The translations under genes and the position numbers were made by a program. A stretch of DNA of 64,000 nt from Lepidodermella squamata (taxonomy: Eukaryota > Animalia > Gastrotricha): assembly GCA_047495785.1 (NCBI GenBank), contig JBLDXI010000003.1:4216001-4280000 (forward strand), written 5' to 3'. Position 1 is the first letter of the stretch. Each line of letters starts with the position of its first letter. The notes beneath the pieces were generated by a model, which was not told the DNA's origin, did not search any database, and saw nothing but the letters and a program-made list of their open reading frames with translations. Positions 1 to 12,154 of this stretch are shown here, one piece after another.

Positions 1-2
1 AA

Positions 3-113
3 AAAAGAGCGAAGATTAAGCGAGACATATTTGAAATTGAAGACAATTCTATGTGGTTAAAAGCTTGTGAAATGGCTAATGACTTGGTTCACGAGATATT
101 CCGCTATTTATGA
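3..113 (+). CDS. possible 3' end of an upstream gene (…DIFEIEDNSMWLKACEMANDLVHEIFRYL*)
   Basis: Open frame from the window edge to TGA with protein-like composition; no family recognised. Confidence 0.25.
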   Translation, partial: KRAKIKRDIFEIEDNSMWLKACEMANDLVHEIFRYL

Positions 114-753
114 CGGAAATTTGACGCGATAATAGAGCGGAGCATGTTCAGGAGGTGGATCGAGGCGCCCGCGGCTGCATCCTTCCTAACACAGCTTCCA
201 CAGCTGCACGGAGAGGGCGCACGAACACGTATCGGAAGCTAGGTGCTTAAGGGTAGCCGAGGGGGTGTGTGGCTTCAATTTTTACCTTCAAAAATCGTAT
301 TCTTGACAATCGAAAATTCTTGAATGGCTGTTATAAATCCGTATGGCGGCTTTAATTGATTCATTTTGACCGTAGTCAACTTCCTGCAATTAACGGAACG
401 TGTAAACATTCCAGGTGAGCACGTGAGAGTGTTTGTTGGCAAGTGTAAGCTGCGATGAATCATATTTAGGTATTGGACGCATAAATTGTCCTTTAGAACT
501 TGATTTATAGCGCTTTTTGAATGAATAAAATACTCCTCTCTTGTCCTCCGAAGCGCTGTTCGACAAGTCTCCTATTTCTGTCCAATAAACTCAGGCGATT
601 GGGAGAATAAAACATCATAGAAAGATAGAATTTCCATTCGAAAACATTTAATCGCTTCGTGATAATAACATTATATGCAAAAACGAAATGCGAAATTAGC
701 CTTATAATTGTGAAACTGCGTTGACAAATGAAAATTCATGCTAACACCAGCCG

Positions 754-1172
754 TTACTTCCCGAATTGGACCCAACGCGGTGCTGAAAAAATTGTCCGAA
801 ATAAAATATTGTTATTTCATGTTGACAAAAATACTTACGTTTTGCGTTGCCGAACCCTGCGTCTCGCTTTCTGTCCTCCTTATGATTTTTGTTGTACCTG
901 CGCAATTGAGGAAACAGGACCTTCATGAAGCGACCTCGTTTTTCCTCGTTCTCCATGTCATCGTCGCCGAGACTCAGGTCATCTAGCTCGAAGTCATCAT
1001 CGCCACGACGTACATAATCGATTTCTGCAATTCGAGATCAAACAAATTGATGATTTATCATTGATGATTGGAAGGTTTTACCTGCAGGTTCCAATAATTC
1101 CGCGCCAACGAAAACAGCTATAAGTGCAACAACGAACACCAAAATTAACAATGTCTTGGAGGACGGTGCCAT
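754..1172 (-). CDS. secreted neuropeptide-like precursor A (101 aa), ends …RKR-DAGFGNAKPPRWVQF-GK*
   Basis: Exons 1172-1082, 1024-839, 782-754 with phase-1 GT-AG introns of 57 and 56 nt; signal peptide MAPSSKTLLILVFVVALIAVFVGA, acidic spacer, KR and RKR sites, terminal G-K amidation signal. Confidence 0.8.
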
Positions 1173-1706
1173 ATTTCCGAGTGAAAGAAATTTGAAAAAT
1201 TCCGATATAACAAAATGTTCAAGGAATGAGCTCAATAATCGCGAATACTGGAAGATTTCCGAGAATCAAGGCATTAATATGCGACGATGGACATATGTCA
1301 CCCTCAGTCAGTCCATCGCGTGGCTTCGATTGAGGCACACGCAAAATTGGGTCACAGCCTCTCATCTTGCCGATGAGTTCGAAATTCGCGTGCCTGAAAA
1401 TTTATAACGCCCTTTATCCTCCCACCACACTATGACTGATCAACGAGTACAGATGAATCACTTTGTTTTTCCCAACTGAGCAACGTGGCTGAATGCTGAA
1501 TGCTGTTTTTAACATCTCAGAGAAAACAATTTATTTGGATAAAACATTCAAACAATATAAAAAGTTGGAAGTTTCACTGCGCACTAAACGAGCAGAACGT
1601 TTCACTTGACATGGCTAAGACCAATTTCAAAAATTAACCAACCAGGTACTACAGTAACTGCGAACGCAACTTATGATAAACGATAAGTATATTAGGGAAG
1701 CATGCG

Positions 1707-2150
1707 TCATCTTCCGAAACCTAGCCATCGAGCTGACATTTTAAAGAAACACAATCATATGAATAAATTATCTAGTCATTGGGTGAATGCCCTCGAAAGG
1801 CGGTTACCATTTCGGTTAATGCTTCCTCCGATCGAAAATTTGTGGTCATCGACGTTGAGGGTGGCGAAGTTGTTGTTGGAAGCTCGGCCACTGAACGTCG
1901 AAATGCGCCTACCTCCAGCACTCGGACTTCGAAAATAGGCTGACGGATGGCGATACAGTTGTTTGGCTTCTTCACTTGACCTTGGATCGTTAGCTTTGAC
2001 GTAGAAAAATGAATAAAAAACAATGCTATAATCGTAATTTTGCAGGTTACCTATTTTCTTCCGCATGGCTTCCCAAAATGCTTCGCAGGTATTTACCATC
2101 ATCAGGGCTAGCATAACGCTCAGTAATAAGCAGAAAAGTTGGCTCTTCAT
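1707..2150 (-). CDS. secreted neuropeptide-like precursor B (103 aa), ends …NRNARWLGF-GR*
   Basis: Exons 2150-2051, 1993-1808, 1732-1707 with phase-1 introns of 57 and 75 nt; signal peptide MKSQLFCLLLSVMLALMMVNTCEA, GRR site, terminal G-R; minus-strand AATAAA at 1530-1535. Confidence 0.8.
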
Positions 2151-2736
2151 TTCAAATACGCAATGAAACTTTCAACTGTATTATTTTATCAATAATGTGA
2201 GGGAGAAATAAATTATAAACGACTCCCTACGACTCAGGCCATGCGGCGAAAAAACAATTACATGCGCTGGTGAGCGCTTTCGAACTGGTGTGTTTAATTC
2301 AATTTGACGACTGGCCGATCCCACGGGGCCACAAAGCGGAAGCACATGTCTTCAAAGTTTTCGTAGGGTTCAGCTGAAAGCAATCTAAGGCTCGGAAAAT
2401 GCGTCACATCGCGCGGCCCTCATTTGACGGTAGCTATGACGCGGTACCAAACTGACAATAGGGCGAGTAGTGTCCATTTTCCGGCTTTTTTCGCCCACCC
2501 ACCTCTTTTTGGGCGATCTCATGTACGGAATAATTGTAAGAGATTACGATTTTTATAGCCCCGAAAACCTTGCCATCAAATTCCATTAAAACCTTAATTG
2601 CTGCTGCAATAATTATTTTATTCATTTTTTTCAACTCGAAATGCTAGGTTATATATTGAAAGTGGATAACAACAACGTCACCATGACTTGAAATCGAAGA
2701 AGTATTCCTGGAGACATCGCTGGATTCACATCCTTC

Positions 2737-3436
2737 TCATTTTCCAAATCCAAGCCAAGAACCTATGTTATAAAATAAGTTATATAAAAATGGTTTCTAC
2801 GCTGTAGCCTTACAAGTTCGTTTATGCACTCGATGCTTCTTAGGAAAGAGAACCTGTGACAGCTTTCCTTGTTCCTCTCCACCGCCGTTGCCGTCATCGC
2901 CTTCCAGAGCAAAATCTGGCGAGTTAATATGAAACAGTTAAAAATAATACGGAGGGGAGGGGGCATAGGGATTACTAAAAGATGGAATCTCAGCATCAGA
3001 GTAGTCGGAAAAAATAGGAGGTCGGTTAATTTCCAAGTACTTTACCAAACGTTTCAAGATTATTTAATTATTAGATTAATTTGTGGCGCTTTTCTACCAC
3101 TTGAGCATTAAATTTAAATAGGAAATTGGTAAGAAAAGCCTTAGGATCATCAATCGAAAGAGTATTGGAAAATGAAAAATGTCTTCGGATTGAACAACGG
3201 ATAAAATTCGTGATCCAATTTTCACGGCAAAGCGTTATTTCATTCTTCTGTTTGAGGGCATAGGTATTAAGTTTGGAATATTTCCTCTGATTCCCCTATT
3301 GCAAGTCTAATAGGTTTTGCCAAATGAAGTTGAAACATTTATTTTTACCTGAACTTTCACAGCAGACTTCTCCGTTTGTAAATATGAGGAATAACGCGAT
3401 AATCGTTAGTAGAACAGCGAAAGCAGTTCTGGACAT
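2737..3436 (-). CDS. secreted neuropeptide-like precursor C (71 aa), ends …KR-TCSWLGF-GK*
   Basis: Exons 3436-3349, 2915-2814, 2762-2737 with phase-1 introns; signal peptide MSRTAFAVLLTIIALFLIFTNG; shares DFxL…EE..G….VLFP with precursor A; minus-strand AATAAA at 2617-2622. Confidence 0.78.
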
Positions 3437-4349
3437 AATTCAGCGAACGATAGTGACCTCGAAATAAGTGTACTTGAAGCAAGTTATGTCGCTGGTTGTC
3501 TTCGCAAATTTGATAACATGCCAACGAGCGCCACAAAAGGCAGTAAACAAGCTCTGAGTAGGTGGCATATGTCAGCGACTGGCTCTTTGCGTGCCGAAGC
3601 AGCTCACGCCCGAGTGGTTCGGACAAAAAACTCGGCCTCATTTGGCGATGAGTGACAATTAAGCGGGGTCACTTTACGTATGAGTTAGCGACGAACAGAT
3701 GGACCACCAGTTAGTTATACGCCCTCAATATATTAATTAACACGTGACGAAAAATGCAACGCTGTCTCGACGCTCATCATTTTACTTTGTGATTCCATCA
3801 ACATTTCCAATTATATATAGTAATAATTGTATATCAACAAATGTGCTTTTTAATGATTTGAATGTAATACATCATGGTAAATGCTTCATCAGTTTTCTTC
3901 TATATTTTTTTTACATAAATTATGTATCCAAGAATTTTAGTAGTAACAATATAACAGCTCAAATGGTCCGAAAAAGTCAACGAAAATTTCATTTTATATT
4001 CGTCTTCAAGGATTTGCAAGCAGAGAAATCACGTTATATCTCTTGTATATAAACAGCGAGAACTGAATGTTGCGACCATGCAGATCAAAAACGCAGACAC
4101 GTATGAATTTATTTACACGCCGGAATTTTAATAGGTAGCAGAAGAAGAGCAGAACAGCACACTCAGCTGACAGCGGAAATGGTCGCGTTAATACACCTTT
4201 GTATCAAGAATTGGAACAAAAAAAAGAATTTGAATAATGCACAACCCTTGCCATCACTCGCGTGATTCGTGTTTACACAGTAATGAATGGTGGTTAATGA
4301 GTAACAATAAATACACTATCGCGTTTCAAAATCTGCTGCTATCGCAATA

Positions 4350-6234
4350 TCAGTTCCATATCGCGTCGAACGCGTCACCCCGGGGAGGCGCCGTCGTCGG
4401 AGCGGCTGGGTTCGTTGTTTTGTTCGGGCCGGGAGGAGATTGTTGAAAGCCAGCGGGTACAAAATTTCCGGTCATGGCGCCGCCCATTCCCATTGAAGCA
4501 TAGCCTTGTTGCTGAAGTGAAAAAAGCGTAATCATAATTTTCGTAAAAAAAAATTTGCGCTCTAATTGAGGATCAGGCCTTGAACAGAAATTCACGAGGA
4601 ATTTTAGCGTAATTTAATTGGATTTTTTAATTAATCGTAAAATTCCAGAAAATTCCGAAACGGCATTCATGGCGAATTCATTGACATTTGTTTCCGCTAA
4701 AATTAAGACTTCTGTAAATTATCTGAATTATAGTTCTTACCATGGGCGGTTGCTGCATTTGCGGCGAAGGGAAAGCACCAAATCCACCGAAAGCGCTTTG
4801 CATCGGCTGCTGCATCGGCTGCTGCATCGGCTGCTGCACCGGCGCTGCCGGGTTGGCACCGAACGCCCCGAATCCCCCGCCTAACGCTGCCGGCGAGGTC
4901 GCATCTGAAAAATTGCGCTGATGGCCATGCATGCTAGGCGGCGAGGCAAAGGCTGACGACTGCTGGGGGAACCCAGCAGGCGGGGCACCGAATGCAGGCG
5001 CAGGTGTCTGCTTGTACAGAGACAGGATGTCATCGAGACCGCCCGAAGCAGGGGCTGCGGGCGCCGCTGCCTGTTGGTTGTTCATCATCGACATCAAGTC
5101 GTAATTCGACACACTGCGCTGGTGGTGTTGGTTCGGGTGGGTCGACGAGTTTTGAGGTGGCGCTGGCGACAGGAACGACAAGTCGTCAAACGCCGATTGT
5201 GTCGCGCTGTGGTTCAACGTCGGCGGTTTCTCGGCTGAGGAAGGCGCAGATGGGGGCGCGATTTGCAGCGAACCCATGCCGGCCGCAAGATTCGCATCGC
5301 TGGACGCCTGGATTGTCTGACTCGGGCCTTCGTCGAAGAAATCGATGATAGCCGATTGTTTCGGTTGACTCACTGGCTGAGCCGGGGCTGTTTGATGCTG
5401 TTGCTGTTGCTGCTGCTGGTGAGAGCTGTTTGGCGAGTGGTGGGATGCTGAGCCGCTGGTTGGTGCCGGGGGTAGGATGAAAGCGCCGCCGGTTTGACCT
5501 CGATGCCGCTCGTGGTGCGGTTCTGGGGCCGATGACGCGGTCGCTTCGAGCGGCTTCGGTCTCGGCGTCTCGAAGTTTATACTCCTGTCAACATAGCGCT
5601 TTTGCTCATATTTAGCGCGAATGAACTGTTCGAGCGCATAGTCCGTCTGCGGCCTGCGGAAATTTTCCGGCAACAGCGCTTCGTAAACCAATTTGGCACG
5701 CCTGTTTCCCATCTGCTGGAGGATTGAAACCTGGTCGTCATTCCTAAAAAAAAGAATAATAAATTGAAACCTTCCGTACCAAAGATGAAAAATTAGCAGT
5801 AAAATTACAAAAAGGAAAGCTAAATTGATGCATCTTGCCTAAAATTCTTCAAATAATTTCTCATTAACCGTCATATTATGATTGTTTATATTGCCTTCAG
5901 CCACCTTATTGATTAATTTCGATTCATTTTTAGGAATGAGATGTGAATTCAGCCTTCAAGCCAACTTAATAAAATCTCGCCAAGCCTACCATGTGTCGAG
6001 ATTGACCGATCTCACGCGGGAGATGTGAACGCCGAGGTTGCGGTGGATTCCGGCACACCGGATGCATAGGAACACGCCGATGTTCCAGGCCGCCCAACGC
6101 GGGCCTTTCGCCTCACAGTCGGCGCAATATTTGTTGTCTTCCTCTTTGAGAATGTCGGCGAGCACGATTTGCAAAAAGTCTTGCCGCGCCTTCTCGTTCT
6201 TCTTCGCAGCTGCTGCCGAGGCCGCAGATGACAT
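4350..6234 (-). CDS. SMAP1: stromal membrane-associated protein (SMAP1/2) ArfGAP
   Basis: ArfGAP zinc finger CADC…[22 protein letters not shown] and 'DDILSLY' motif; exons about 6234-5989, 5743-4741, 4511-4350. Confidence 0.92.
4800..4837 (-). repeat. 12-bp coding tandem repeat (QQPM)x3
   Basis: catcggctgctg repeated three times inside SMAP exon 2. Confidence 0.85.
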
Positions 6235-7299
6235 CGCTCAAGGCCCGGTTAGTTGAACTTTAAAAGAGGCCTAAATATTTGGAAGAAAGCAAATCTTAGT
6301 AGACATTTCTTTTTCAGGACATTTTGTTGCGTTTTCGCTTCATCATTCATGAATTGCCTCTCGTAGAAAATAGAAAAATCGCATTTGTTGAAAGAGTTGA
6401 TGCGTTACAGTACATATCGGTTTCTTTCAACATGGTCGCAATAATAATAATAGTAATAACATAAAGAACAAAAGCTAGATGAACACGGGAAAAAACGGGA
6501 CCGTCGCAATGATTAAAAGCTGTCGGGGCAATCTTCTCTAGACAAGCAATCGAGAGTCACATAGTTGGGCGAGGACGACGAGAGGCTGTCTTTTGAACAC
6601 GCAAAGCCGAAGGGGCACGCCAACTGCCAGCAGTTGAAGCAGAGTAGAATCGAAAGCGCCGCGAAGATCAGCGTGCAAATCGTGCACGGGCGCCGTTCGA
6701 TGAAAAAATCAATAAGATAAATCACCAGGAAAACTGCTTGTTGATGCACATGAAGGGCCATGATGGGCTAAAATATCAATTTTCGTACAGCAGAACACCA
6801 TAATATTTTACCAACTCACTTTAGGTAGGAGGAGAACCGGTAACAGCCATTGTAAACAGTACATTATCTCTAATGTACTGACGAAGTTCAACCGCAATTA
6901 ATCAAAAACGGTTGTCTAAAAAGTGAGTAAAAATTCAACATTTTCGAGAGAATCTTTATTGGCAAAAATCAAAGACATATGAGCCTGTGTATTCTTTTAA
7001 TAACGATAATTCCTCATCATTTCATGACGAGAGCCACTATACAGATATAGGACGCATCGGCTACAGATTTAGTTGACACCGATAGAACGTCTAATTTTTG
7101 TATTTATAATATCCTAACGCACGCCGCTAACCACATCGTCCATATGCTTCGAAATACGCTATATATCACTGGAAAAGAAGCGTTTTGTTTAGTATTTTCG
7201 AAAATATTCCACAAAAGTCGGCATCTACTCGAAAAAATTCGCGTAGATCAATATCGATTGTGAACACACTCGGTAAAAAAGGTGACTGGTTTTGAGGAG

Positions 7300-8491
7300 T
7301 TATGGCAAATGTTGCCGAATTGCGTCCTTGGCCTTAGAATCTAGCTTTTCGGGGAAGATGATGTCGAATTCGACCAGGATATCGCCGAAATTGGCTTGAT
7401 CTTTGGGCAGCGGTAGACCGTATCCGGGTATACGTTTTACCGTACCAGGCTTTATCACGTCGGTCAATTTTAGCCCCACAGACTCGCCTTTCAATGTAGG
7501 GATTTGTAAATCAGCTCCTAGAAGTGCCTAAAATTTGTTAATTACGAATAAATCTTACGCATGTCATGCATTCAATAAAATTACTTGTTTTAACGTGATA
7601 GGTGCTTTATACTTCAAGTCTGAGCCGTCTCGAGTAAAAACAGGATGAGGTTTGTCCTTGATGACAAAGACAACATCAGCAGGAACGGCGCCGGGACGCT
7701 GGTCACCTTTCTTCGGAAAAGTTATTTTCGTGCCAGCTTTCCAGCCTTTCTTAATATCAACTTCCACGATCTCCTCTTCTTGCCGGGATGATCTATTTTG
7801 ATGAATCATTTTATATTAAAAAGAATTAGTAAAGGGTTATCAAACAAACCCTTGTGATGTATAAATAGTGCGTTTGATCTTCATTCGTTTGGTGGCTCCG
7901 GTATAAATGTCTTCCAATGCCACAGGGAGATCACGTACAACAGCGGGGTCTTGTTGTCGTCTTTGGCCCCGAGATTGGAACATTCCCCCATGTCCATGAT
8001 CCATGCCGTCGAAATCGCCTCCATCGAAGCCGCCAGGTCCACCAAAAAACATTGAGCGAGATGAACCAGCACCGCCGAAACCACCAAACATTCCGCCAAA
8101 TGGATCCTCATCGCCAAAAAACATTCTGAATGTCTGGAACGGGTCTCCGTGAAATTCATAAAAGCCCTGCCCTCCAGCTCCATGACCACCTGGTCCATGT
8201 CCACCAGCCCCACCCATTTTCAAACCATCTTCGCCGTATTTGTCGTAAATTTCCTTTTTCTTCGGATCAGATAGCACCTCATAAGCTTCAGCTATTTCTT
8301 TGAATTTCTCCTCGGCATTTGGGGATTTATTCTACAGGAAAAGAAAAACAATAAGGAACTGGCATTCAAACAATTATAAAAATTACCTTGTCGGGGTGAT
8401 ACTTCAAGGCCATCTTTCGATATGCCTTTTTCAATTCATCATCGGAGGCGTCTTTCGTCGTACCCAAAATCTTGTAATAGTCTTTTCCCAT
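7300..8491 (-). CDS. DNAJB4: class II Hsp40 (DNAJB1/4/5-like)
   Basis: J domain [10 protein letters not shown]…YHPDK, G/F-rich region, C-terminal [12 protein letters not shown]; 4 exons. Confidence 0.93.
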
Positions 8492-8624
8492 TTTGATTGA
8501 GTAAGATGTAAATGATCTAATGAAGGAGGTATAGATCAAGATTGATGTCTAAATAAATTTTGATTGAGTAAGATGTAAATGATCTAATGAAGGAGGTATA
8601 GATCAAGATTGATGTCTAAATAAA
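8490..8624. repeat. perfect 67-bp tandem duplication abutting the DNAJB start codon
   Basis: attttgattgagtaagatg…gatgtctaaataa occurs at 8490-8556 and 8557-8623. Confidence 0.95.
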
Positions 8625-9017
8625 GGAAAAATTCAGAAAATAGAAACCATCAAATGACAGAGACACCCTCTATGTTCTATGGCTAATAAGGAATGTATTT
8701 TCCTCTGCTCATGACTTAATGAATAGAGTTTTCGAAGGAACCGAAGATGAATACAGGAAAAGTGTTTCTGCATTCCGTGCCATCCTATATTGCTTAATTC
8801 ATATGCTTGGAGGATATACAAACACTATAAAGTGATAATATAATAATGTGAAACTTTAATTATCAATTTTCCCTATATGAAACGCGTACAACTAAGAGAA
8901 CGTAGTGAGCGTGGACAGTCTCAAGAATATAGTGGAAGGGAGCTAAGAGCGATCATGATAGAGAGTGATAGCTGCGAACAATGGTGAAGCGAGGACGGAA
9001 ATTAGGTCACCTTCTTT

Positions 9018-9042
9018 ATTCCAGAATATTCTAGAATGTTCC
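9018..9042. promoter_or_regulatory. heat shock element (5 alternating nGAAn units)
   Basis: aTTCc aGAAt aTTCt aGAAt gTTCc, about 530 bp upstream of the DNAJB ATG. Confidence 0.85.
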
Positions 9043-10014
9043 ACAAGCCGACAGGTTTCGTTTTCGAATATTCAGATCTTTCGAAAAATGCCGAGGACTT
9101 GCGTAAAATAAAAGTAGGAACAAACAACTATTATAGAAAAGAAACATTATGCATTGTGTTTTGTGCTGAAACATAAGAAAACTGCAAAAACAGATCGGAT
9201 TCGGAGTTCGGCTCGGCGATCGCCAGGTAAAGGTGGGGAACCGAAGCTTCGATGATGAGAACTCCAACGTCGATCAAACTTTTTCAAAAAATTCTGTCGT
9301 TTAATAAAAAATATTTTATTCAAAAAAATGAATTCAAAACATTAGGAAAAATAAATTTGTTCATTAATAATTAGTACAAAATTATGTTGCTGCCGCAGTA
9401 AGACGTGACAAAATCGGCCCGATCGTTTACCGTTTACCGTTAACCCATTCACTGTGACACAATGTTACTGTTAACGATTAACCGTTAGCCGATCATAGCC
9501 GATCATGCTGTTGAAAAGATGTAATATACTGCCTCATTTTTCTCCTGATCAGCCTAGGCCTATACGTAATGTAATGTAGGAATGTAATGTAATCCGAGGC
9601 GATTTTCAAAAACAAATTCGCCATACTTTTTAAAACGCAAGTTTCCCGGAAACTTGGCGAACAATTGGCTCAGATTTCAGCCTTTGGCTGGGAGTGCTTG
9701 GAATGCCGGGCAACCCTTTGGTAATTAGATAGTAATTGGTAATTTCTCCTAATGTTGCTAGTCCGGGTTTTTAAAGGGGCCTCGCTGACTTTCCAAAAGC
9801 ACTCTAACGAGTATGTCCTGTGCACAAACCCTGTCTCAAAGTGAATCTCTTGGTTCTTGGTATCATCTGAGATATATTTGCCACAAACCGGATTCGAATT
9901 TCACAAATAAACTATTCCAAGTTACTTCAAGGTGCAAGCCGAGGAATTTGACGCACGAAGCATGTTGAAGAATAAAATTAGTATTTTTCAGAAAAATGAC
10001 GATTTTTTTATTAA

Positions 10015-11538
10015 TCAACTCCGATGTGAACAAATAATTTCAAAATTAGGTGGTGAGTGAACGATGCCGAGAAGGCCACCGCGAATATCAACGGGCTCTC
10101 TCAAAACGAACCGGAATCTGTGAAGCATAGCAGTGATGAAAATGAAGTATTCAACGCGAGCCAGAGCCTCTCCCAAACAAATTCTCGGGCCAGTACCAAA
10201 TGGCATGAACTGCGACGAGTGTGTTAATAATTTACCGTCAGCGTCAAGCCATCTGTCGCGGTTAAATTCCTCTGGATTTTCCCAGTACTTTTCGTCGTAG
10301 TTTAGCGTTGAAAGACTGTATGCAACAAGAGAATAAGGGGGGCAGTCGTAGCCGCCGATTTTGCAGGATGTTTCTAAATTTGTATGGGTCAGTGCGCCTG
10401 GTACCAAACTGGAGTGGCGGAGGACTTCGCACATAACAGCGTCGATGAAAACCAGCTTCGGCCGATCAGCCAAGGTTGGCAAACGATCTGTATCAATGAC
10501 TTGGTCAATGGCTTCGTGGCATCGAGCTTGCAATTCAGGCCAAGTTGCTAGGTACAACAGCGTCCAACTCAACGCGGTAGCCGTAGTCTCGGTTCCTGCT
10601 ACGAAAAGATCAGTCATCGCATAGCCAAAGCTGTCCAAGTCCATGGCATCTTTTTCTAGCTCTGACTTGATGTAAATGTCAGGAAAATCCCGAATCATAT
10701 CTGGGTTAAAATCGCGCCGATGTATTTCTATAGCTGTGCGCAAAAGCTTGATTGTGTAATCCTGAATTTTTCGGAAGTCTCGGCATTGAGGCGCATCGGC
10801 GAAAAAGCGCCAAAATGGAAGTATGAGGAAAACAGCACTGTCCTTAGCCGATCTTGCTGCTGTGGTTTCTATTAAACCAAGAAGTTCCAACATTTTCGCA
10901 TCTTCGTACTGGAACCTGAAGAAAAAATTCATGAATTAGCTATTCCTATTCCTATATCAGAGATACCGTTTGCCAAATACCAATGAGCAAATTACATTGG
11001 AAACGTTGAGGCTGAGAAGCCTTTTGGGATTGAAAGGTTGCCCCACTCGAACTTCAAGCTCCGGTATGAAATGTCGAACCTCTTCTTGAATGTTGAGAAC
11101 CATCTGCTCTTTACCCATGCCGAAATCGCGCATAGCCTTCATTCCGAAACGGCGGCGGGATCGCCATTCATCATGGTTGGCTGACAGGATTCCAGGTCGC
11201 ACACGCTCGAATCCAGGTAAATGCTTTTCGATTCTCCAGCTGAAGGTCTTCGCCTGAGTAACCAATGTTTCCTGAATGAGAGCACTGTCGGTGAGAAAGA
11301 AGGCACGATGCTGGCCAAGATAAATTGTGAAAATTGATCCATACTCCTTTGCTAATTTTGGAATCAGCTTGAATCTCTCCTTCGAGCTTGACATTGTCAA
11401 TAACATCAATAAGTTGCCGATAAATGGCAGCGGAGTAGGCCCAGGAGGTAGACGGTAAAATAAACGGTCATACGCGATCCTGAAGGAACCATAGGCGATG
11501 AAGAAGATCAGAAGTATTCCGAGGAGAAAAATGATCAT
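10015..11538 (-). CDS. cytochrome P450, CYP2 clan
   Basis: PPGPTPLPFIGN, AGTETT I-helix, EVLR, heme motif FGTGPRICLG; one intron at about 10917-10967. Confidence 0.93.
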
Positions 11539-12154
11539 TTTTTTCTTAGTTTATGACACTAATAATTACTTGAACATAGGCATTTTAAAATCACAAAAGT
11601 TCGAAAATATGTAAATACAAGCTAAGAATTTGCATACAAGCTTACGTTGTGAAGAGTTACATGTAAATCGCGGTTAACCATTTTTTTAGGGGGGGGGGGG
11701 TAATACATATAACTAAAGGTCAAATAATGAAAGAACACGTTTCAAGGGTTCGTGAAAGTAATAGGAGAATGACTCATAACTTCGTGTGTGAACGCCGGTT
11801 ATGCATGAATATAACTTAACGAAAGTATTTTCACTTGAAACTTAATAGTTGCGAGCAGCACAGCTAAATGTAACTCGATCGATCGATAGGCTTGCTTTTT
11901 TTATCGATTTAAAGCTAGCGTAACGGTAGCGTTGTAGGGCGGATTTTGCCTGTTCTACAGCGGCTCATAGGTATTGCGCGAGATATGCATTTTTACAGGA
12001 TAGTTAATAGCAAGAAATTTGCTATAAAAAGTAGCGAATAGTGAGGATGCGCACAACCATTTTGATCGAACCATTTTCATTTTGACATTCCGGTTTAGAC
12101 GACGCTAAACCACATTAAAAAATGTCCAGGAAAATAATAGTTTTTCCAAGTTAG

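Noticed and set aside
121-463. GC-rich stretch as an ncRNA or a fourth peptide gene
   Set aside because: No recognisable RNA motif; candidate exons give no signal peptide and no WxxFG end
3357-3641. 94-aa ORF from the track
   Set aside because: The likely real frame is the overlapping signal-peptide exon of precursor C (ATG 3436)
9425-9592. Short repeats (ttaccg, tagccgatca, gtaat)
   Set aside because: Two to three low-complexity units only, with no array or spacer structure
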